From NCBI GenBank assembly GCA_024679065.1, contig JAGIQG010000001.1, forward strand, positions 110,298,001 to 110,362,000: a stretch of DNA of 64,000 nucleotides. The letters are read 5' to 3'. The notes under the pieces are model-generated. The model saw only the letters and a list, made by a program, of their open reading frames with translations, ran no database searches and had not been told where the DNA came from. Of the stretch, positions 49,426-62,199 are shown piece by piece. Source of the stretch: Sphyrna mokarran. Taxonomy: Eukaryota. Every line of letters begins with the position of its first letter. The first letter of the stretch is position 1. A program made the translations under genes and the position numbers.

Positions 49426-50433
49426 ACATTATGAAAAGGACTTGATTAAATCAATTATAGTAAAACCCTGGAGAAAAGGTTCACACGCCTGGAGTCATTC
49501 ATGGGAATGTTTTCACAGGAAGAATTAAACATTAAAGTATTTCAACTTTACAGATGTACCTGGACAATGAGTGTGGGCTCATAAATCTCTGAGCTTTGTT
49601 TTACCAGATGACTGTTGTGATGCTTTTGACAAAGATTTCACAGTGGAGGATCAGGTCAAGTATAACTGATAACGTATCAGCTTGTGACAAGGCACGAGTA
49701 CTTCTGTATTCATGGCAAAGTATTGTAAGGATTCTACTCAACCTCTCCAAAGACTTCTTTTTAACATCTAGTATTCATTCACACTTTCAAGTTGGCGTCC
49801 ATCTGATCAGGATTTTACATCGCTATTATATCAAAGCTTCTGCATAACCTTATAATGTTGGTATGGCAATCAGAAGAGTATTTATTTAGTGATGGAATTA
49901 GTTTGATTTGATTTAATGCCTGAGGAAATTTATTTGGATCCAACACCCCTTCCAACCATGCTTGCCTGCAACTAGCTATTTGCCCTGCACCTGATCAGAT
50001 ATCCCTGACCTGACTATCTCTCCCAACCTGACCCAACTAACCTCTGACCCACCTACACACCTTACTCACCTGCCATTGTACCATCCAAACCACCAACCAC
50101 TCTATCCATTTTATTCAACTACTTCCCTCACCTATGCTAATGACCTCACCTACTAACTCACCCCATCATACTTACCATTCACTCATTCATCCATCCACCT
50201 ATTCACTAGCAATCACAATGGACATTTAAATTTACCATGTAATACTTGGTGCTATGAAAAAGGGGCATGTCCTGTTTACCCCCAACCCTACTCTGCTGCT
50301 ATGGAATTCTCCAGTGGACTGCATTTCTAGAGTAGCTGCTCAGAAGGCCTAACCAGAAATGCAGTGCTGTATCTGGGCATGTAAAGTAACACACGTAGCA
50401 GCAAACCAAACTGATGCCAATTTGTGAAAAATC

Positions 50434-50777
50434 CATAGAGTCATGGAATGCCTACAGTGCAGAAGAAGACCATTTGACCCACCTAGTCTGCACCCACTCT
50501 ATGAAACAGCATCATACCCAGGCCCAGTGCCTCCCTCCCATCCCCATAATCCTGCACATTTGTCAAAGTTAATCTATTTAACCTACACAAGCAACTTAGC
50601 ATGACCAATCCACCTAACCTGCACGTCTTTGGAACTGTGGAAGGAAACTGGAGCACCCCAAGGAAACCCACATAGACATGGGGAAGATGTGCATACTCCC
50701 CAGTCACCCAAGGCCAGATTTGAACTCGGGTCCCTGGAGCTGTAAGGCAGCAGTGCTAACCATTTTTCCACCTTGCT
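50434..50777 (-). mobile_element. HE1-like V-SINE, full length
   Basis: Reverse tail catagagtcatggaatgcctacagtgcagaag, V-domain, head gggtccctggagctgtaaggcagcagtgctaacc. Confidence 0.9.
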
Positions 50778-51474
50778 GGACTTTTTAGAATTTGAATGAT
50801 ATTAACAGTTAAACATAATTCTTTCATTTCTATCTCTTTCTAACAGACTCTGTCTGTATTTTCGGAGTGATTGGGTGTGGTGAACATGCCTTGAACTTTG
50901 TTCCTTTATTTTGAATTTTGAATCTAAAGTTCGGCATGGAAGAAAACAATTTTCAGCCCTATTTTCTCACAACACAGTTGTGCAGGTGGCAAAGGTACCC
51001 CTTTGGTATCAAGTATCATTTTGTGTTTCTTCTATACGTTCACTTAGCAAAACTATCTTGCATTGCATTTATATATTATTTTATAAATAACTCATTCTTG
51101 CAATGCTATTCTAATCTAAAGACTTGTCCTATGTTTTAGTGGACTTTACTCTTGATATCTTTCTTGGGGTCGGTATCTTAGACAAATTCCCCTAGGTGAT
51201 CCCTCACTCTTTGCAAATTAGTATGTCAATTCCTGCCACTGAACTGACTAGGAATTGATGAAACAACTAAAAGCACGTTTGTCAACTTCAACTGACAAGG
51301 GCTGTTGGAAATGCAAATACATTTCCATACAGTAAGCCCTCAATTAAAGTTGCACGGTTGTTGCATGCCTGAAATCATGACTTTAAGGGAAAGAAATAAG
51401 TGAAATATAGGTTCCTCTCGGAATCTGGAGTTAGATTCCTTTAGAAATTTCTTACTTGGAAAAGCCGGTATACC

Positions 51475-51749
51475 AAAGAACAAAGAACAAAGAACAAAAC
51501 AGCACGGGAAACAGGCCTTTTGGCCCAACGAGCCTGCGCCGCCACCCCGATGTTCCCACCTCTACCCGCGATCCTTGTCCATGTTTATAGATCTATGGAT
51601 TAAAAACCATTTTTGAGACAATTTAGGGAGAATTTGTTTTGCCAATTAGCCTAAGAGCACATCTTTGGGATGTGCGAGGAAACCGGAGCGCCCGGAGAAA
51701 ACCCACGCAAGCACGGGGAGAATGCACAAACTCCCACAGACACAGGCCC
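51475..51749 (-). mobile_element. CpG-rich (probably young) V-SINE with a third tail variant, (GTTCTTT)n
   Basis: (aaagaac)x3 tail, CR1-like aacaggccttttggccc hairpin, intact V-domain ggaaaccggagcgcccggagaaaacccacgc. Confidence 0.8.
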
Positions 51750-51934
51750 AAATCCATGTATCTGCACAGCACAGCGATAGTCACTGAGCTGTCATGTTGC
51801 CTATCAGATGGTCCGGGTCAAGCATGCGTGCATTTCCAGCTGAAATAGCTTGCAAAATATCAAAATATAAAAGAGGTAATGTCCGAATTCAAATTAGATA
51901 CCATTCACTAGCCTCTCTTCCTTTGTATGCAGAT

Positions 51935-52250
51935 CCTCATTTCAGGGATAACTTGTTTCCATTCTGGTTTAGTTAGTTCTGACATGGCTGATAAATTCAA
52001 TGTGTCACATGTGTGGCAGATGCTGCTTGAAGGGTCAAACAGATCAGCAGTTTGGAGGTTTTTGCGCTGTCTCCACTATCTTGACTTTGCATCTATGTGC
52101 TACCAAAGAAATCTCTCTATGTTCAGTGCCTTTCCAAATGAACCTTCTCCCATTTTGGTTGATTATCATGAGTTGGTTGAAATTTTTGACTTCTTTATGG
52201 ATGCTTTGAGAACACCCCTTAAGCATTTCAATGGAGGTTCCTTTGAGTGA
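51935..52250 (-). mobile_element. RTE-clade LINE 3' end
   Basis: Reverse reads VLKASIKKS..NQPKW(R)RFIWKGTEH..PSSSICHTC..FISHVRT*, matching the RTE/BovB-like C-terminus (CxxC..LxSHxRTH). Confidence 0.7.
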
Positions 52251-52549
52251 TTAGCATTAGGCTCTCTCGTGCATTTTGAAATGGCCTCCCTGCCTCAACT
52301 TCAGCAAATGGCTCGCTCATTGTCTTCAAAATGGAAATCCTGTTTCACTTGCTGCTGCAGACTTAAACAATGGCCAGTCTTACAACTCCAAAATTAATCA
52401 GAAAATTGCAGAGCCAGGCTCCGTAAATACTGTGTCCTGTATTTTCCAACTAAACAAACCCTGACAGGAGCCCAACCACCATCTCACAAACTTGTTTAAA
52501 CCTTTCCCAGCCTGTTTCACTATTCAAATTTTCTTTTGAAATGAGGGGA

Positions 52550-52774
52550 TGAGGTCTTGAAAGCAGATTTTAGGGAGCTAAGAAAGTGATTGAAAAGCAG
52601 TACATTCAGGCCAAAATATCAGCATTACTCCCACTATCACATGCTAGTGAGTATAGGAAGAGGAAAACTGAGCAAATTAATATATGGATGGAGAAATGGT
52701 GTAGGAAGAAGCGTTTTGGACTTCTGGAGCACTGGGACTGGTTCTGGGATAGATGTGACTTGTAAAAGGAGGAT
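52550..52774 (+). repeat. Duplicated CR1 ORF1 segment (copy of 53578-53802)
   Basis: 225 bp, no indels, about 23 substitutions by hand count (~90% identity). Confidence 0.92.
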
Positions 52775-52864
52775 GACGAAGCTTGTAAAATCCCACCAAA
52801 GGCCATTGGAGAATTTTGTTCTGCGAACCTTGCCTGCCCTGATTCTGGTAAAATTCCAGCCATT

Positions 52865-53260
52865 GAATAGAATTGGCCTTTTGGCTCTAGAATTAGAAGA
52901 ATGAGAGATCATTTCATCAAAATGGATAAAATTATTATGAGAATCTGAGATGCCAGCTGCTGAAAGACTGTTTCCCTTGGCTGGACAGTCTGAGGATAAA
53001 GGGTTGGATATTTGGACCTGCGATGAGGAGAAATTGCCTTCTCAAAGGATTGTGAGTCTTTGGAGCTCTGTTCCCCATAATTGAATAGATTCAAATGAAG
53101 ATTGATAGATTTTCAAACACTTCAAAAAATTGTAACTTATGTGGATAAGGAGGAGAAAGTAAGGTGAAGTGGAAAATCCACTGAAAATTTATGAATGGTG
53201 GAACAGCCTTGAGGCTATATGTCCAACGCCTGTTCCTATTTCTCATGTTCTTATGCTCTT
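52865..53260 (+). mobile_element. CR1 LINE 3' end
   Basis: ttggccttttggctctagaattagaagaatgagag (LGLFSLExRR), FSQRIVSLWSS-like, tail cctatttctcatgttcttatg. Confidence 0.75.
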
Positions 53261-53374
53261 AAAAGAGTTTCCTTTGTGAAATGTCATCTTTTTCCAGGAA
53301 GAAAACAATATAAATACAAGTTAGAGTACTTGGTCACCACAAGTTGCACAGGTGGGGAGGAAGAGTGGAAGACC

Positions 53375-55075
53375 AGTTGTAGGGGGAGATTCAATACTTA
53401 GGGGAATAGATAGGAATTTCTGTGGTCAATGATGGGACTCTAGGATAGTATGTTGCCTCCCTGGAGTCAGGATCAAGGATGTCATTGACTGGGGTTGTGC
53501 GATGTTCTTTTGGGGGAGAGTGAACAGCCAGAGATTGTGGTCCATCTGAGGACCAGTGACATAGATAAAAGGAGGACTGAGGTCTTGAAAGCAGGCTTTA
53601 CGGAGCTAAGAAAGTGATTGAAAAGCAGTACACTCAAGCCATAATGTCAGGATTACTCCCACTATCACATGCTAATGAGTATAGAAAGAGGAAAACTGAG
53701 CAAATTAATACATGGATGGAGAAATGGTGCAGGAGTAGGTGCTTTGGATTTCTGGGGCACTGGGACTGGTTCTGTGGTAGGTGTGACTTGTAAAAGAAGG
53801 ATCGATAATACAGTAATGATGGGAGTCTCCAAACTACATATAAACTGGTTAAGTCTAATGAGAATTAATGCTAGGGAGAAATTCCCAGAATGTGCACAAT
53901 GTTGTTTTTAGATGAGGAACAGATTATTTTAGATCTAGTATTATGCAATAAGGGAGGGCTAATTAATAATGTTGTTGTAAATCACCTCTTAGAAAGAAAA
54001 TATAGCAGAACTTTCCATTAAGTTTGAAAATACTGTAGTTCAATTCAACAATACAGTCTCAACTGTAAACAAAAACCTATGAAGATATGAGGGGAAAAGT
54101 TAGATGTGGAGAATTTGGCAACTAAATTATATGGTATGCTGGAAGATAGGTATTGGCTACATTGTTTATGGCAAATATACATACCTTCAAGGCACAAAAA
54201 CACAACAGGAAAAGTGAGTCAACTGTAGCTAACTAAGGAAGTTAAAGTTTGTATTGGGTCAAAGGAAGGAGCTCAAAGTTGTCAGAAGTAACTAGGATCT
54301 GGAACAGTTCAGAATTCAGCAAAGGAGGACCAATAAACTGATAAAGAAAAGGAGTATAAAATATGAATATAAATCAGCAAAAAAAAGACTGTGAAAGTTT
54401 TCATTGATATGTAAAAAGAAAAATATTATTTAATTCAAATATGGGTCCATTATTGGCAGTGAAAAAAAGTATTCATAATGTGTAGCAGGGAAATGGCAGA
54501 GAAGCTAAACAATTACTTTGTGTTTATCTTCACGGAGGAAGGTACAATGAATATAGTGAACTGGGAGATTATAAGAATGAGGAACTGATGGAAGTTAGTA
54601 TTAGTGAATAAGTAGTATTGGAGAAATTACTGAAAGTCAATAATTCCATGGGACCCAATGGTCTACACCATAGAATATTTGAAGTGATGTCTATTGAGAT
54701 AATGGATGCATTGGTAATCACCTTCCAAAATTCTATAGATTCTGGAACAGTGCCTGCAGACTGAAAGGTAGCAAATGTATCCCTAGTGTCTGAGAAATGA
54801 GAGCGAGAAAACAGGAAGCTACAAAATTGTTAGCTTGATTTCAGTAGTAGGGAAAATATTAGAATCTAAATATGTGATAACTGGACATTTAAAAAAAACT
54901 ATTTGATTTTTTTAAAGGGAAATCATACTCGATAAACCTATTGGAATTTTTTGAGCATGTTCTTAGCAGTATTGATAAGGGAAACTAGTGGATGTGGTGA
55001 ATTTGGATTTTCAAATGTTTTTGTCAAGAGCCATATAGGAAGTTAGAAAGCAAAATTATAGCATACAGGCTTTCA
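53375..55075 (+). mobile_element. CR1 LINE: ORF1 SGNH-esterase domain joined by internal deletion to ORF2 (EN end and RT start)
   Basis: VVGGDSILRGIDR..CCLPGVRIKDV..PEIVVH..SGLLP; then LDLVLCN, MAEKLNNYFVFIFTEE, SMGPNGLH, *KVANVSL, NLLEFFE..DVVNLDFQ. Confidence 0.92.
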
Positions 55076-55479
55076 TGAATGGGATTTTTCTTACTATCAG
55101 TTTTACATAGTCAAATCTGATTTCAGTTTTTTACACTTTATTTCATTTAATCTCCACATAGCTCTGAGGTCTGCCCAAGGGGGATACTGGATAAGTTGAC
55201 ATGAGGGTACAAAGGGCCATGATGGAAACAGGGAGGCGGTAAAGTGGTTGAAGGAATTGGACTAAAATCTTGCATCACGACACGGACAAACCCCCAGAGA
55301 ATCCAGATAGGCCTTTGTACAGCCTGTATTGGTTTGACTGGCTGACACTCATCCCATGCATCTCCTCCACCCTAAAGTGAAGTTCATGACACTCAGGGGC
55401 CATTTTTCCGTGGTGGGACTGGCAAGTTGTGAATTTTCTCGACTTGAGCTACTCACAACAGTAGTGAGAAGTGTTCAGG

Positions 55480-56490
55480 TCTTTTTAATGGTATGTGTGC
55501 AAGTTGTTGTTGGCTCTTCATCTGGTGTCTGTTGGCTCTTGAGGTGACATTGCTTCTGTGGGGAATGTTGTTGCCATAGTGAGTATTATTACTATGGTAA
55601 TTGTCGCTGCTGCTCCATTACATTTGTTGATGAATGGTTGACCTCTGGGACTCATGGTTGCTCGGTGCCTTATTCAGTTGGCAAAATCAGATCTGCCTCA
55701 TCAGCTGTCTGCTGTGAAGGAGCAGCTTCTCTTGTTGCACGTAGATGTCTGCAGTTGTGACAATAGATCTAGTCATTCAATTTCTCCATGCACAGCCAAA
55801 GTGACAACTTTTGTAAACAGAACTCGAGTTGCAAATTCAGCTGACTTGCTGAGTGCATTTAAAGCTCTGACCAGATCTCCAACTGTCAGCTCTGGCAGTG
55901 ACTTGGCAGTGAAATTTGTCACACTCCTTCACGACTTCTGGCTTCAATAGAGCTTTAGTTATTAGAAGAGTAGTCTGAGTGTAATTGACATTAGCCACTC
56001 AATTGGACTACTTTCCATACCTTTAGTAGATATGTTTCTTCATTTTACAATTACTTTGTACGTGACTATGCTGGATCTAGCCAATTTTTTAATGATCTTT
56101 TTAGCAATTTTCAATTTTGCCTCAGCCTTTCCATTTAACTGGGGACAGTGTGGAGATGATTTTTAATACTGAATTTCCCCAATCATTCATGAAGTGCTCT
56201 TATTCTCCACTTATTAAATTGAAGGCAATTTTCACTCATCACAATGTCAGGAATGCCATGATGAGCATACTGTGATCTCAGGCACTCCACAATCTTACTG
56301 CTACCCATTGACGTCAACTGGTCCAAGTTCCAGTTGAGTGAATAGTAGTTATCAGTGACAAGATAATTAATACAAGCATCATCATGGTCTGCCTCGGATG
56401 TCAAGTAGTGACTTGTTTGGCTGATACTCATTACACGCATTGCACTAGCGAGCTAATGTGGCCTTTAATTTCATTGCACATGTTTAGCTA
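55480..56490 (-). mobile_element. Gypsy/Ty3 integrase fragment
   Basis: YLVTDNYYS..KIVECLRSQYAHHGIPDIVMSENCLQF..SSPHCPQLNGKAEAKLKIAKKIIKK..RNISTKGMESSP. Confidence 0.88.
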
Positions 56491-57309
56491 GTGCAACACT
56501 TTGCTTGTATCCTTCAGAATAGACTCAATTCCTTGCATTGATGTGCTTTGGCATGATCTGAATTTTATGCCATCCATGTGGGTACCTGGCATCCCCATGT
56601 CCTGGGAAATAGAGCGTGGTGATGAGGAGAGGAGTTCCTAACATCACAATGCTGCATTGCGATATTTCACTGCTCAAATGCCAGCCTGCCTCATGCAAAT
56701 TAGAGCACCAATTCAGGTGAAAATGTATGCAATGGGCTGCAGTTTTAAGAGATTTGTGCATTTTTATAGTTGGTGTACAAGCTGGATGGGCAGGCAGGGA
56801 ACACACAATTTGCACTTTATAAATCCGAGGTTAGACACAAGGCTGAAGGTGAAGTAAGGAGTCTGGATATAGGAGTAAGTCTGGAGTATCTTGCTTACCC
56901 TGTGAACCATATTTCTCATATCTTATGTGAGTACGGAAACTTCTTTCTTGAGAGAGGCAATTCCAGACTGAACACAGCATCATCAAGTAAGTATCTCAGC
57001 AATCCAAAAGATGGATGCTCTTTATCAGATGAAGGGAGGAGGCCACATGGTCACAGTCATCCTCAGATTTCTGCCCACAAGACCAACTAGCACACTCTGA
57101 AGGGGTTGAAGTCCACAAGGCTTGCAAGGGAAAAGGGGCTGATGGAAATACCATTACTCTGCTGGAAGAATATGCAGTCAGATCCAATTATCCAGACATT
57201 ACTGAGGTACAGTGCAGAAGATGGATCTGCCTCTCATGGGAGACAGTGGCCAGGATATTATAGCCTTGCCATAGCCTGTCTCAGCCCTATTGGAGCTGCG
57301 CTCATCCTG

Positions 57310-57885
57310 GTAAGAAGTATTCCATCACATTCCTTTCTTATGCTTTGTAAATGGTGTTGGGGATTCAGAGGCTGAATTGCTGCTTTTTGTGAATAGGACA
57401 TACCTGAGCAACTTTTCCCATTGCCAGGTAGATGTCAATGTTGTAGCTGAATGGAACAACTTGGCCAGGGTGCAACTAATTCTGGACCACAAGTATTTAG
57501 TACTATTGCCAATAGCAAGAGCCCATAGCCTTTGCACTATGCAGTGCCTTCAACATTTTTTTGATATCACGTAGAGTGAATCGAATTGACTGGAGACTGG
57601 CACCTGTAATGATGGGAACTTCAGGAAGAGGCCGAGATTTTTCATCCACTCAACCCCTCTGGCTGGAGAGAGTTGGAAATGCTTCAGCCTTGTCCTTTGC
57701 ACTGATGTGCTGGGCTCCCCTTCATTAAGGATTGGGATACTTATAGAGCGTCCTCTTCCTGTTAGTAGTTTAATTGTCTACCACCATTCATGATTGGATG
57801 TGGCAGAGCTCAGATCTGATCAATTAGGTTATGAGATTGCTTAGCTCTGTAAATTGCACATTGCTTGTACACTTGGCATGCACCT
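57310..57885 (-). mobile_element. CR1/L2-group LINE ORF2 fragment (distinct family)
   Basis: Reverse reads IPILNEG..QHISAKDKAEAF..SLQSIRFTLRDIKKMLKAL..AKAMG..VLNTCGPELVAPLAKLF..WEKLLRY. Confidence 0.8.
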
Positions 57886-58123
57886 AGGAGACGAAATGAA
57901 TAAAGATTTGCAGCAGCTAGTTCTGGATAAGCATTTGTTTGCACTACTTATAAGTAATGGGTAGGTGATCAGGACAGAGGACATTTAAAAGAATGAAACT
58001 GATCTATGCAAAACATGAGTTGCAAAATGACTGTTGGACTTGATTACATGAAATATAAATTCAAACATAAGAGAACACCATAAAATTTGCAAAGAAATGT
58101 GTATATTAATATAAATTAACATG

Positions 58124-58419
58124 GGGAAGCATGGTGGCAGAGTGGTAAGTACTGCCGCCTCATAGCATTAGGGACTCAAGTTAAATTTTGGTCTTGAGTG
58201 ACTGTCTGTGCGAAGTTTGCATGTTTTCCTCGTGTCTGCATGGGTTTCCTCCCTAAGTCCAAACGTGTGGGTTAAGTTGATTGGCTATGCTAAGTTGCCC
58301 CTTAGTGTCAAGGGGAACAATGATAAATATATGGAGCTGAGGGGATAGGGCCTGGATGCGACTGTTGTTGGTGCAACACGATGGGCCTCTTTCTACACTG
58401 AAAGGATTCTATGATTCTA
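58124..58419 (+). mobile_element. HE1-like V-SINE, full length
   Basis: ggtggcagagtggtaagtactgccgcctcatagc..ggattctatgattcta. Confidence 0.9.
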
Positions 58420-58674
58420 AGTAAAAAAGAAAAAAGTGTGTAATTATCAACAATGTAATGACAGAGCCTGGTGAATATGAAACTGCTCTCAACAGGGACA
58501 ATGTATCCATCTTATATGAGCTAAGGTTTCACATAGAAACTTGTATCAGTTGCATATTTTTCCATCCTTTAATGAACATCTCACATATTTGTTTTAACAA
58601 AATTGTTGGTTTGGAACATTGCACTTTCTGTTTGTCTGGTGAAGAATGGATGACAGTCTTGAAATTACTTGTGA

Positions 58675-59010
58675 AGGTGGTCGTGCATTGGTATTTTTAC
58701 TGGACTAGAAATACACAGACCCATGTTTTAGGAGCACAGGTTCGAATCCTACTGTGGAATTGGAGTTCAACAAAATCTAGAATTAAAAGTCTAATGATAA
58801 CCATCGCTGGAATTGTACTGCCTCACGCAGCACAGAAACGGGTGAGAGGCAGACAACAGAAATGTCATTGACCTCAGGTGGAAATTTCTGTTCTCGCTTG
58901 AGTGAGGCCGTAAAATCCTGCTTCATGAAATCATTGATGTAAAAACCCATCTGATTCACTAGTGTCCTCTAGGGAAAGGAATCTGCCACTTTTACCTGGT
59001 CTGCCCTATG
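58675..59010 (+). mobile_element. Second-family SINE interrupted by a family-A MITE (58805-58923, CAT TSD)
   Basis: SINE motif ..taaccatgaaa.. is split as ataacCAT|cgctggaatt...aaaatcctgctt|CATgaaatc. Confidence 0.85.
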
Positions 59011-59053
59011 AAATGGGATAGTAAGTCACTCAGGCAATCTTCTGACTAAGATG

Positions 59054-59280
59054 AAAGCAAAATACTGTGGAGGCTGGAATCTGAGACAAATCTGAGGAGA
59101 CCTGACAGCATCAGTGAAGAGAGGATAGAGTCAACGTTTTAAGCCTGGATGATTCTTTGCCAGGGCTGCTCTTCGTCAGAGCTCTGAAGAAGGGTCATCC
59201 AGACTTGAAACATTGGTTCTATTCACTCTCCACAGATGCTGTCAGATCTGCTGAGATTTTCCAACATTTTCCTGTTTGTG
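59054..59280. mobile_element. Palindromic Penelope-type mini-element (inverted terminal repeats) with a hammerhead motif
   Basis: Arm 59099-59167 is the imperfect reverse complement of arm 59180-59248. + strand reads agagct-CTGAAGA-a-GGGTC-atcca-GACTT-GAAA-ca-TT-ggttct (59178-59220). Confidence 0.75.
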
Positions 59281-62199
59281 CTGATCTTCTGACATTGTGT
59301 TACAAGTGGAACTCCTGCTGGAAACATATAACAGAAATTTGGGCAGCAATGCGATTAATTTTCTGCGGAAAATCATATGCACAATACAACCAAAATTTCA
59401 ATAAGCATTGAAAGGCTTTCCACCAGTAACTTAAGCATTAAATTCTAATTATTTTTCCAGCAAGAATTGCTCAATTATTTTTTAAAAAAAACAATATCAG
59501 CAGTACCTGTTTTTCCATCTATCTTTTATGGAAATAATCCAGAAACGTTGATTAAACATGTTGAAAATGTATCTAATTTGTTAATACACTCCCTAAATGG
59601 CCATGTTTCTCTGATAGCTACAGTAAATTGAATATTACCCAATATACGAAACTGAAGAATTTAATTCAACAACAGCTTATAGATGTGTGGTCATCAATGA
59701 GGTAAATATATCTCAAAATAACTAGGCAACCTTCAAGAGCAGATTCAAAGCTGTCAGAAGATTGTGTGGTGATGAGGCCATTGCAATAAACAAAGTGACC
59801 CAGCGGAGGGGTTAAATGCCACTAATTAGCCTTGGTAATGTAATGAACATTCTACTCTTTTCTACTAAAGTTTTAACACATACGGACAGATTTCACTTTC
59901 CTGTTTCTATCTGGTTACTTTTTTTTTGTTTTGTTCCAAAGCCACTACACCTACACACCACATATGTGCACAAAATAACAGCTGCTGCAGCCTTAGCAGC
60001 CAAAGGGGAACCCAGGAGGGATTTATGAGCCATGAAAAATTGTCTTTCAAAGCATCAGAACTTTCCCTTTCTGTAGGAAGCATGGAAATATCGAATATAA
60101 TTGGCTTTTGTGGCAAAGCTCTTTCTGAGTACTTTTTTTGTTCTGAAATGATTGTGCTGCTTTTTCTTTTAATCAGAATCAAACTGTGATGCAAATGATC
60201 AGAGTCCAAATGTTACAACAGAACAAGTTATGGAGAACTTAAATGACTGTGAGGTTCCACTTTCAGAAGCATATGTTGATAATATTACATCGATATAAGC
60301 CCGTGGTGCGACTTCAGGTTGTAACATTGAGACAAGGGAAAGGTTAGAATTTCAGTGCACTAAGTGATGGTATTTTCATCAGCACAGTGGGAGGACTAGT
60401 TTTACACAAAGTGGATAAATTAGGTCATTGTTTTCCTGCCATCATTTCTTCAGAATTGTCCTTAATATTTAACATTGAAGCATTCAATTGAATAAATATT
60501 TTTGATAAAGTATACTCACAAAACTGTAACTTTAAATAGTGTGACAGGAATCAAGACATTGCACTGTATTTTTTTATAAATATTCTCATGACTATTTATA
60601 AAATGTTTTAAAAAGGGACAAAGATCTTATAAATGGCTAAAGTTATGCCTGCCACTGACTGTCGATCAAAGGAGCTGTCATGCCAGTCCTCCTTATTTTC
60701 TTTGGAGATCCTAAAGACCAACCCCAACACCACAACTCCCTCACCACACTCCACTCCCACTGTGTACTGCAAAAACCAAATTCAAAGAGAACTATATAAA
60801 GTCCATCTGCATTTCCAGGCTGACCAACCAGAATCTACTAATCTGCTAGGGCAAAGGACCCCACATCTTTATTTCAATTCTTAAGTGACTGGGATATTTA
60901 ATCATCTTGGGGACCCAGATAAGTTATGCATGTGCCTTGTCAAAAATAATGTAGTGGGGTGGGTATTTTGTGATCTGGACCTAGTTTGTGCAACTAGCAA
61001 CAGTGCCTTGTGGAACTGCAAAGCTCATACCAGCATTTTACCATATTACCAGCAGCAGAGCAGAGAAGGGGCTCTGCCCAGGTTTGTATACCTGGCCCCA
61101 TCTATACTATTTACCGCAACGTTTGTACTGTTGCCTATAAGGCAAATGCATCCCCATGTGCCTATCTCATCATGTGAAAGTCAAATCTGTACAGCATCAG
61201 TTTTCAACCTGTCATCTCTGTGAAGGAATACGTCATTGGACTTTGATTCTGGAGAATAGACACATGTGAAATAATATTTTCTCTGTGGTCTTTGCCCTGT
61301 AAAACTTTCATTTCTTTATTCATGTTTTATTGTATGTGTATAGGAGCCATGTTGCAACACGCTTTCTGCATTTGAATGTGTGCAAGTAAACTATCTTTCT
61401 GAGTTTATTTTATCTTCAGTTTGCTATGGGCCTATTAATAGAAAATTGGATTACACTAAAACTGCGAGGTTAGGAAACATGGCACCACTTCTAAAGGGTG
61501 AAGCAATAAAAACATCTTTCTGTATATGGATGGCTGGCTGAAAGAAGAAATCAGGGTGGTGTGAATTAAGCCTCTCATACCTGTAACAATAGCCATAACA
61601 AGTACCTGACACTTCAGAAACAAAGGGTTTGGCTGCATTCTACATTGTCAAGCCATGTACTGGAAAGCTAATGTGAAAAAGTTACATCTAGCAGAAAGAA
61701 AATAAACTGTTCTCCAAAAGAAATAGCACTTGGCTCTGCATGTTTCTTTAAATTACGATATTAAGAGATAATAAAGCTTCACCCTCAACCAAAGCACACC
61801 AAAACTGGCCATTTTGTTTGTGAGCTCTTGCTCTGTGAGATATAATAACATGGCAGAACACAATATTCAGTGATTGAGCATGAATTTGAGAGCGCAGAGC
61901 AGCAATTGAATACAGGTCCAAACTCACGTTGTGTGGTGATGGAGCATGAATCCAAGCTTGCATTGCAGCAATTGGAGATTGCGTTTGAACACTGGCTGTT
62001 GACCTCACATGTCAAAGAGTAAGGAAGTCTTTGTTGTCTCCACTTGAACATAGTTTGCTTTGAATCAACAATTTAATTATTTTCACCTGCCACGTAATTG
62101 TTGATCTTTGCAATTATTACATTAGCGATGAGGTAAATCGGAACCAAAGTCACCAGCTGCTGAAATTGAGGAGAGAGAAAGCCTATTATATTTTTTAAA

